A stretch of DNA of 64,000 nt from Candidatus Nanohaloarchaea archaeon (GTDB lineage Archaea > Nanohalarchaeota > Nanosalinia > Nanosalinales > Nanosalinaceae). Location of the stretch: assembly GCA_041640035.1 (NCBI GenBank), contig JBEQBC010000001.1:204111-268110 (forward strand), given 5' to 3'. This document shows, piece after piece, positions 9,549-17,004 of the stretch. Position numbers and translations under genes: made by a program. Every line of letters begins with the position of its first letter. The first letter of the stretch is position 1. Below the pieces are notes generated by a model. The model was given only the letters and a program-made list of their open reading frames with translations, ran no database searches and had not been told where the DNA came from.

Positions 9549-9660
9549 ACTCCAAAATAGTGGTGTCTGTTCTTTAATAATTTACCCTGCGTAGAAAGTT
9601 CTCATCTATGCCGTGCAGAAGGGAAATAAAAGGGAGAGAAAGAGATGTGGAGAGTACTTT

Positions 9661-10779
9661 TTATACATTCGCGTCCTTGAGATCTGGTTTCTCGTCGATA
9701 CGCGGTATATCAAGTGAGCTCTTGATCTTTCTGAACTTCTGGTGGTCGTTGCTTTCCAGAAGTGTGATTGCTTCTCCTTCTCGTCCCTGTCTTCCGGCTC
9801 GACCGATTCTATGTGTGTATGTGTCGGCTGTATCCGGTACATCGTAGTTGAATACATGTGTTACTCGGTCTACATCGATTCCTCTTGCTGCTACATCTGT
9901 TGCCACGATTACTTTGATATCGCCGTTTTCGAACTTCTCCAGTGTATCTTCTCTCTGGTTCTGGCTCATGTCGCCGTTCAGTTCCTGTGCATCGATACTG
10001 TTTTTCCTTAGTTTGTCGGCCAACCATCGTGTAGTGTTCTTGGTCTGGCAGAAAACTATTGCGAGATCTCTGTCCTTCTCTTCGAGGAAGGTGTAGAGGT
10101 AGGAGAGCTTGTTATTGTTCTTCACATTAACATACTTCTCCTCAAGCTCTGCGGTGTGCTCTCCAGGTTCAATCCTGATGATCTCCGGATCGATATCGTA
10201 ACGGTCGCACATCTTCGTCAAAGCCTTCGGAATCGTTGCTCCGAACAAGAGATTCTGTCTTTCTTCCGGCAGGAAGCTGATGATTGATTCCAGTTCGTCC
10301 TGGAATCCCATGTCGAGCATCCGGTCTGCTTCGTCAAGTACAAAGTACTCTAGGTTTTCTACATCGATCTTTCCTTTCTGCAGAAGGTCGAGTACCCGTC
10401 CTGGTGTTCCGACTACGATGTTTGCGGTCTTTGCGCCTTCGATCTGTGGTTCATATGAAACTCCTCCGTAGATTGTTACTGCGTCAATCTGTGAGGATGC
10501 CATTTCGATCTCTGCTGTGATCTGTTTGGCTAGTTCTCTTGTTGGTGAGAGGACGAGTGCTTTGGTTTCGTCGCCTTCCAGTTGTTCGATTATTGGTAGT
10601 GAGAAGGCTAGTGTTTTTCCTGATCCGGTCTCTGATTCGACCAGCAGGTCTTTGCCTTCGAAAACTTTTGGTATTGCTTTTTCCTGTACTTCTGTAGCTT
10701 CTGTGATGCCTTCTTTTTCAAGTCGCTGAACGGTGTGTTGTGAAATATCTAGTTCTGAGAAATTCATGCTGTAATTCAA
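9661..10779 (-). CDS. DEAD-box RNA helicase
   Basis: TGSGKT, PTRELA, DEAD, ARGID, HRIGRAGR. Confidence 0.96.
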   Translation of the reverse strand: MNYSMNFSELDISQHTVQRLEKEGITEATEVQEKAIPKVFEGKDLLVESETGSGKTLAFSLPIIEQLEGDETKALVLSPTRELAKQITAEIEMASSQIDAVTIYGGVSYEPQIEGAKTANIVVGTPGRVLDLLQKGKIDVENLEYFVLDEADRMLDMGFQDELESIISFLPEERQNLLFGATIPKALTKMCDRYDIDPEIIRIEPGEHTAELEEKYVNVKNNNKLSYLYTFLEEKDRDLAIVFCQTKNTTRWLADKLRKNSIDAQELNGDMSQNQREDTLEKFENGDIKVIVATDVAARGIDVDRVTHVFNYDVPDTADTYTHRIGRAGRQGREGEAITLLESNDHQKFRKIKSSLDIPRIDEKPDLKDANV

Positions 10780-10856
10780 ACTCGTTATAAAAAGAATATG
10801 GTGGGGGAAGGCTTTTAGAACTGACCGCAGATAGAAATCGTTTCTGATTCTGGGAA

Positions 10857-11978
10857 CTAGCTGTTTTTAACGGCCAGACGCTTGCTTATCCCGTAATAAG
10901 CGTTTCTCAATTTCTTCAGGGTCTCTACCTCACACATCTCGTTCTCCCCATGAACTGTTTTTTGATTGGTTCCCAGTTCTATGAACGGAGTATCCTTTTC
11001 TGCGAAGAATCTTCCGTCGCTGGCTCCTCCGTCAGTAATCTCATCAGGACGGTTTTCACGAACTTCCTTCAATGTTTCTATAGATGCCTCTCTGAAATCA
11101 GGGTCCTGAAGCTCGAAAGCACCGCCGTGATCCTGTTCGACTTCTACTCTGAAACCGCACTCTATTCCTTCTAAAGCGTTTTCAACATCTTCCACGATTT
11201 GTTCGATGCTCTGGGATGGCAGGTACCGTATATCCATTCCGATCTCCAGTTCTCCAGGAACGCTGTTATAGGTCTGAGTTGTTTCTATCCGTGTTACTTC
11301 CTTGCTTGGGTCCGGTAGAGTACCTTTATTCTCGAATGTAAGCTCCATATTGTTTAAACGATCCAGTACCTCTGGTAGCTCCTCCATAAGATGGATTTCC
11401 GCCAGATTTGCTCTACTGGCATGTATTCCCTCTCCTTCTAGCTGGATGTTCAGCCAGACCACTCCGCGTGTACCGACCTGTACATTCATATCGGTGGCTT
11501 CACCGACAATCGCATAGTCGAAGCCGTCTCCTTCACTGTAGTATTCATCTACAAGTGGTTGAGAGCCTTTGAAACCACCGATTTCTTCGTCTCCAACAGC
11601 CATGAGAACTGCTCTTCCGTTGAACTCACTGTCCCTGTGGAGGTCGATAAATGCTTTGACCTGTGCTGCGAGTGCTGCTTTCATGTCGGCTGCGCCTCTT
11701 CCGTACAGTTTTCCGTCCTCGATTACAGGGTCAAAAGGTTCTGTGACGCTCCATTGACCTTCTGGTTCTACTACATCAAGGTGTCCGTTGAGGCAGATGC
11801 TTGGTCCTTCGTCTCCTGTCTCTGCTGTCAGGTTGTATACTCCGTCGATTTCGTGTATCTCTGCCTGTATGCCGTGTTCTTCTAGCAGTCCTTTCAGGTA
11901 CTGGAATATTTCAGGGTTTTCAACCGGTGAAACGGTTTCGTACTTCATAAGTTCCATTGCTATTTCTTCTGTCTTCAT
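10857..11978 (-). CDS. M20 metallopeptidase (DapE/ArgE family)
   Basis: NGHLDVV, YGRGAADMK, DEEIGG, GGASDGRFF; starts 2 nt after the ligase stop. Confidence 0.9.
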   Translation of the reverse strand: MKTEEIAMELMKYETVSPVENPEIFQYLKGLLEEHGIQAEIHEIDGVYNLTAETGDEGPSICLNGHLDVVEPEGQWSVTEPFDPVIEDGKLYGRGAADMKAALAAQVKAFIDLHRDSEFNGRAVLMAVGDEEIGGFKGSQPLVDEYYSEGDGFDYAIVGEATDMNVQVGTRGVVWLNIQLEGEGIHASRANLAEIHLMEELPEVLDRLNNMELTFENKGTLPDPSKEVTRIETTQTYNSVPGELEIGMDIRYLPSQSIEQIVEDVENALEGIECGFRVEVEQDHGGAFELQDPDFREASIETLKEVRENRPDEITDGGASDGRFFAEKDTPFIELGTNQKTVHGENEMCEVETLKKLRNAYYGISKRLAVKNS

Positions 11979-11980
11979 CC

Positions 11981-13882
11981 TTAGTCTGCACCTACTGAAT
12001 TTGTGCGTTTGTTGTCTTCGAATCCTGCATGTGGATTTGTTGATGTGGCTTGTTTTTCAATTTTCTCTGCCTCAGTTCCTTCATCAACATAGTTAAGCAT
12101 CTCTTCACGGTATGTATCGGTAAACCAGTCAACAAACTGGCTGTATTCATCTTCAAATTCGTCAACACTGTATGTGCCGGGTTCAAGATCTTTTTCATCG
12201 TACAGCTGAGCGGTGTAATCCGCAAAATCGGATAAATCATCGAACTGGCTATCCAAGTATCCTTCAAAGCTGTCATAATGATCTAGATCGTCAAGAACAA
12301 GTTCAGCAGAGAAAGGAAGTTCGCCGCTGAAAGATTCTCTGACTCCCTCCGCAAGAATATCCACAAGCTCGTTCTCATAAACTGCGTCTAGATCAGCACC
12401 ACTTGGAAGCTCTGCATCAAGCCCGTTTCTCTTCGCGTCTTCACGGAACTCCAACGCGTTTTCTGTCTCCAAGCCGTGTTCATGGAATAGTTCCTGAACC
12501 TGATCGTAGACATTTATCAGGCTTTTCTGGGTTAGAAGCGCTTCATGGCTTCTCGGACTGTTGCTGAATGAACGGAACTCGATTATCCCATCGTTCTTCG
12601 GAGCGATATCAGGTCTGACAAAGGTATTATGGTATGTAAAGTATCCTGCCTCATCTTCAGTTCCAAGGCCTGCTACTTCCAGGAATTCTTCGGTTGAGAG
12701 ATCTGAGTGATCGACCTTGACAGGTTTCATCACTTCTTCGCCGTCTTCCTCTACCAGTATCTCTCCAAGGTACTGCTGATCCTCAGCGAACTGTTCGAAG
12801 GTGACTACTGACTCCTCTATTCCGGAGAGCCCAGGCATCACCCAGGTTGATTCCATTCCGTACTCTTCATCTACAGTTCCCTCTGGCTGGTGTGTTTCTT
12901 CATCCAGAACCTGTATCTCTGATCCGTCAACTTCGGGAGAGAGGATCATCGGCCGTTCCATAACCATCTCTATATAGTCCTCGTGGTCTTCTACATCGGA
13001 TAGATCCTCTATATTTCCGTAGTTCTCGTTGGTAGGTAGTGCTTCGTCAAGTACATCGCCCCAGCGCTCTGTTCCGTTCCGCAGAGCTGCTGGAGAATTG
13101 GAGACAAACAGGTCATATATCAGGTCTCTTCCGCCTTCAGCAACTGCCTCATACAGTCCGTCTTCGTCCTCTTCTAGTACAGGGTCGTTGGAGAATAGTG
13201 TGTCTACCCCGGGTATTACATCGAGCATTCCTGGTTTTTCTCCGCCGTTAAAGAAGCTGTGGAAGAATTCCTCTATCTCCTGCTCTTCTCCTACAGGTGT
13301 ACCAGTGTTGAGCTGTGTTGCTGCAGGCCAGCCCATAGCATCGAACAGTTCTCCGTGTCTGCTTCTCAAGCCGGTGTAACGCGGCTTTGGTCTTCTGTTC
13401 CTGTCAGCTTCACCTTCAGTGGCGAACTCCCTCATCAGACCGTTTTCGTATGCTTCATGTCCTTCTGGCAGGTTCCGGTCCCTCATCTGTGAGAGGTGTT
13501 CCATCCGGAACATCATATCTGACGGGTTCTGGAATACTTCAGTTGCTATCTCGCTCTGAGCCGGGTGGTAGTCCGTATCGATTTCCGCTGAGAAATCTTT
13601 GTGTTCTTTGAAGTTATCGTCTTCTACGCTGACGCCGAGCATTTTTTTCTCTCCGTTGATTTCCTCAGTCTCAGGTTCGGCGTCTTCGTTTGCAATTAAG
13701 TTTTGGAACGCTTCTACTGCTTCTTCGTTGTCGATCAGTCCGTCTTCTTTTCTGATGATGTCTTCTTTTTCTGCTCCGACATTTGCTTGGCTGTTTTCTG
13801 TAAAGTTTTCATCCCAGAGTGTTCCCAGTGATTCTACTAACTGGTTCTGAGTACTTTTGCTTTTTTGCTGGCTTGCTGACAT
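11981..13882 (-). CDS. Divergent glutamate-cysteine ligase (GCS2/EgtA)-like carboxylate-amine ligase
   Basis: VGAEKE, AATQLN, LFSNDP, YHNTFVRPDIAPK..IIEFRSF resemble GshA/EgtA motifs. Confidence 0.65.
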   Translation of the reverse strand: MSASQQKSKSTQNQLVESLGTLWDENFTENSQANVGAEKEDIIRKEDGLIDNEEAVEAFQNLIANEDAEPETEEINGEKKMLGVSVEDDNFKEHKDFSAEIDTDYHPAQSEIATEVFQNPSDMMFRMEHLSQMRDRNLPEGHEAYENGLMREFATEGEADRNRRPKPRYTGLRSRHGELFDAMGWPAATQLNTGTPVGEEQEIEEFFHSFFNGGEKPGMLDVIPGVDTLFSNDPVLEEDEDGLYEAVAEGGRDLIYDLFVSNSPAALRNGTERWGDVLDEALPTNENYGNIEDLSDVEDHEDYIEMVMERPMILSPEVDGSEIQVLDEETHQPEGTVDEEYGMESTWVMPGLSGIEESVVTFEQFAEDQQYLGEILVEEDGEEVMKPVKVDHSDLSTEEFLEVAGLGTEDEAGYFTYHNTFVRPDIAPKNDGIIEFRSFSNSPRSHEALLTQKSLINVYDQVQELFHEHGLETENALEFREDAKRNGLDAELPSGADLDAVYENELVDILAEGVRESFSGELPFSAELVLDDLDHYDSFEGYLDSQFDDLSDFADYTAQLYDEKDLEPGTYSVDEFEDEYSQFVDWFTDTYREEMLNYVDEGTEAEKIEKQATSTNPHAGFEDNKRTNSVGAD

Positions 13883-13892
13883 TCTAGTTTGT

Positions 13893-14014
13893 TTCCACCT
13901 TGTTGTTGGTTGTGTTCTTGGTGGAATGCAGAAACAGAGACTGTTTATTTTACCAAACAGTTCTTCGAGGTCCCGTCCCCGTTTCTACATTCCGATCTGT
14001 AGGGAAGGACCTCG
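13893..14014 (-). promoter_or_regulatory. Attenuator-like hairpin series including an SD-sequestering stem
   Basis: CGAGGTCC/GGACCTCG (13966-14014), ACTGTTT/AAACAGT (13940-13961), and TTCCACC/GGTGGAA (13893-13926) covering the AGGTGG SD. Confidence 0.55.
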
Positions 14015-14015
14015 G

Positions 14016-14108
14016 TCATACAATAATTGAGATAATAATGATAGCGATAAGGCTAACCAAACCTGCTGAACCAGTACTTTCTGTCTCTTGGTTAGCCGTT
14101 AAAGACAT
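14016..14108 (-). CDS. Putative leader peptide MSLTANQETESTGSAGLVSLIAIIIISIIV (30 aa)
   Basis: Downstream of TTTAAAA (14138-14144); 7 Ile in the last 10 codons; followed by several hairpins. Confidence 0.65.
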   Translation of the reverse strand: MSLTANQETESTGSAGLVSLIAIIIISIIV

Positions 14109-14172
14109 GTTTACAAACATTCCTTGTTGCCAAACGGTTTTAAAGGTACTCTAGGCCCCGGATGGTTGTACC

Positions 14173-15903
14173 TCAAACTACTCTCGGACTAAGTTCCTCC
14201 TGAACTTCCGGCGAACCTGAAAGGCGTTCCTCTACATATTCTGCGAAGCCATCCGCGTACTCCGGAGCCATTGCTTCCGCAGTCGCCATCACATCATCAT
14301 CGTAGACCTCTCTGAATACTTCTCCCCAGACCTCTTCATCATCGTAGTCTGGAACTGTTTCGGGATTCGATGGGTCGATACCTTGCTGTTCCATTGCTTC
14401 ACGGATCTTATCGCCGTGAGGCATTATCGCAGCTTTCGCGAGTGCTACGCTTGGTTCGTCTTCATAGTTCTGACGGGAGTTTCTGTACTCGAATCCTCCG
14501 GTCTGGAATTTGGGTCTTACATCGTGGTGTAGTCCGCCGATGTGTTGTTCCGAAAAGTTGCCCTTATGATACTCCTTGAGCTCGTCTTCGCTCATACCTG
14601 TTAGATCGACCGTTCCACGGACTCGTTTCAATCCGTCCTCTCCATCTGTGACTATCTTGGTGAAATCTACTTCGCCGTCCTCGATATACTCTCTCGGCGT
14701 CTTTGGATTTTCAGGATCGACTGTCAGCATAGCCACACTTTCATAGTCAAAGTCTTCAGGTACATCGTCCTTGAACTCGACATGTTCTCTGTCAGGTTTG
14801 GCTATCCAAGCCATGTGGTGGCCGGTCATGTACTCATCTACCATTCCTTGGAAGGCATCTCCGTCACTGTCCATAATCGAATCGATGACATTCCATGGTG
14901 TACCGGTTCTATCAAGCGCTGCCTCATCTACATCGGCATCATCGAGGAAGTGCTGACCATATGCACTGTTCTCCCAGTAGTCCTGGTTAACACCGGTTTC
15001 CGGCTGTCCCTCATCTTCCTCGCTGTAAACATTAGAGGTCAATACATCGAAAGCTCCTTCAAACACTATCCGGTAAGCCATCTCTTCAGACATGCGTTCG
15101 TCTACATCGATTTCTCCGTCATCGCTCCAGAGACCGGATGTGAGCTGTGTGGATCCTCCGAACATGTTCTCCATTATCTGAGGTCCGAAGATCGTACTGA
15201 TGTAATCGGCACAGTACTCCACAGAGCTGAAATGATCGTAAAACTCCTCTGAGAACTCTACAGCTTCATCTCGTCCGTATTCGTCTCCTAAGCCACGCTT
15301 GACAACTTCACGGTCACCGATCTCGTCAGGTGTCCTCTCCGGTTCACGGAATTGACGGGTTAAACCTTGATCTGCGAATTCAAGGTCGGGGTGGTTCTCC
15401 TGTATGTATTTTCTCGTTCCTTCTCTCAGGCTTTTCAGTACATCAAGAAGTGTTCCGAAGTTTCCGGAGCCGTCTATCTGGAAGGCACCTGAGTCTATCT
15501 CGATCTGAGGTCCGATCTCCCAGTCTGCTGCTGGAGCACCGATAACCTGATCTGACTCCTGACTTTCTTCAACCTCTATCTCTGCTGGTCTATCCTCGAA
15601 ATGACCTTTTTCCTTAACGCCCTTGAGTTCGAAGCTGAATTCTTCTCCGTAGCCGTCTACATTCTCTTCGAGTTCTTCCTCGATGCTCTCCCAAAGTCCT
15701 TCGCTGATTATATCCTGATAATCTGGGGCTAACGGCATAACACCGTCTTCTTCTCTGACTATCGGGTTCTCGCTCTCCACGCCCATGCCGGTTGGCCCGA
15801 CATTTTCCTCATAGTTGTCCTTGAATTCCTCTGTGAACTCTTCTACGATTTCATCGTAGTCAAGTTCTGCGGCAGCGGTGGAGGTTTCGCCTGTTGCTGA
15901 CAT
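14173..15903 (-). CDS. Divergent glutamate-cysteine ligase (GCS2)-like carboxylate-amine ligase
   Basis: GMGVESE, EIGPQIEI, GGSTQLT, HHDVRPK..GGFEYRN motifs. Confidence 0.62.
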   Translation of the reverse strand: MSATGETSTAAAELDYDEIVEEFTEEFKDNYEENVGPTGMGVESENPIVREEDGVMPLAPDYQDIISEGLWESIEEELEENVDGYGEEFSFELKGVKEKGHFEDRPAEIEVEESQESDQVIGAPAADWEIGPQIEIDSGAFQIDGSGNFGTLLDVLKSLREGTRKYIQENHPDLEFADQGLTRQFREPERTPDEIGDREVVKRGLGDEYGRDEAVEFSEEFYDHFSSVEYCADYISTIFGPQIMENMFGGSTQLTSGLWSDDGEIDVDERMSEEMAYRIVFEGAFDVLTSNVYSEEDEGQPETGVNQDYWENSAYGQHFLDDADVDEAALDRTGTPWNVIDSIMDSDGDAFQGMVDEYMTGHHMAWIAKPDREHVEFKDDVPEDFDYESVAMLTVDPENPKTPREYIEDGEVDFTKIVTDGEDGLKRVRGTVDLTGMSEDELKEYHKGNFSEQHIGGLHHDVRPKFQTGGFEYRNSRQNYEDEPSVALAKAAIMPHGDKIREAMEQQGIDPSNPETVPDYDDEEVWGEVFREVYDDDVMATAEAMAPEYADGFAEYVEERLSGSPEVQEELSPRVV

Positions 15904-15951
15904 CAGGAAGACCTCCGAGAAACAGTTGAATTATTGATTTTAGAAATAGTT

Positions 15952-16017
15952 TTAGAACTGTCCGTAGATGTGGATCTCGTCCTGCAGAACGCGTCCACCT
16001 GTGATTGCTACTGACAT
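15952..16017 (-). CDS. Putative leader peptide MSVAITGGRVLQDEIHIYGQF (21 aa)
   Basis: ATG 25 nt after TTTAAAA (16043-16049); shares GGTGGACGCGTTCTG (GGRVL) with the leader at 33874. Confidence 0.6.
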   Translation of the reverse strand: MSVAITGGRVLQDEIHIYGQF

Positions 16018-16223
16018 ACCATGCCTGTTAGTAACTTAACGGTTTTAAATGTTGTTCAGTTCCACATCTTTTCCAGAGAACCTGCGAGCCATCTATATAA
16101 ATCTAGGTCGAGTATACTTTGGTAGAGCGAGCACGGTCTGTCTAAGCGGATCGTTGTTAGAGAACTGCTCTGAATTTAAGTTTCTGATCTATTATACAAA
16201 CAAAAAATGGAGGATAAAGGATA

Positions 16224-16880
16224 ATGGTTGAACAGATGCAACACCGTCAGCAGAAGGAAATGGAAGAATTCGAAACCGGTACTACAACACTAGGACTTAC
16301 AACAGAAGAAGGAGTCATCCTGGCAGCAGACAAAAGAGCTGCACTGGGAGGACGACTGGTAAGCAACAAGCACGCCAAGAAAGTCTTTGAACTGGATGAC
16401 CAGCTAGGACTTACGATCGCAGGAAGCGTAGGAGACGCACAGAAGATTGTCCGCGTAATGAGAAGCCAGCTGAACCTGCACAAGCTAGAGACCAAGGAGC
16501 TTTCGGTCAAAGGAGCAGGAACACTACTCTCTAACATCCTGCACGGCAACAAGATGATGCCGTTTATGAACCAGTTCATCCTTGGAGGAGTAAGAGAAGA
16601 CGAAGGCGGAATTGTTTACAGCCTTGACCCTGCAGGAGGACTAATGGGACATGAAGACTACACAGCTACGGGTTCCGGAAGCCAGATGGCATTCGGAGTA
16701 CTCGAAGACAACTACGAACATGGTATGGATCACGAGGAAGCTAAGGAAGTAGCTGCCAACGCAATCGAGGCAGCGATGGAAAGAGATACAGCTTCCGGAA
16801 ACGGTATCATGGTCGCTGAGATCACTGAGGACGGTTATGATGTAGTCAGTGATCAGGAAGTTGAATCCAAGCTGAAGTGA
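16224..16880 (+). CDS. psmB: Proteasome beta subunit
   Basis: Propeptide-G/TTT site, AADKRA, GSGS, RDTASG. Confidence 0.96.
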   Translation: MVEQMQHRQQKEMEEFETGTTTLGLTTEEGVILAADKRAALGGRLVSNKHAKKVFELDDQLGLTIAGSVGDAQKIVRVMRSQLNLHKLETKELSVKGAGTLLSNILHGNKMMPFMNQFILGGVREDEGGIVYSLDPAGGLMGHEDYTATGSGSQMAFGVLEDNYEHGMDHEEAKEVAANAIEAAMERDTASGNGIMVAEITEDGYDVVSDQEVESKLK

Positions 16881-17004
16881 TTATATAAGAGTAGGCTTCG
16901 TTTACAGGTTTTACCGAAAAGGGGTTTTCTCCCTGTAAATTTTTGTTATACACGAAAAACCCTTTTCTCACGATTTACTCATTCAATAGAGGTTTACAGA
17001 ATTT

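Noticed and set aside
13900-14154. Plus-strand intergenic ORFs 13900..14154, 6826..7158 and 16049..16231
   Set aside because: Non-acidic, no supporting signals, and they overlap better-supported minus-strand leaders or promoter regions.
16008-16022. Alternative ATG giving MVCQ* in the 576-aa ligase leader
   Set aside because: Closer to the TATA box than typical, and it lacks the GGRVL frame shared with the 33874 leader.
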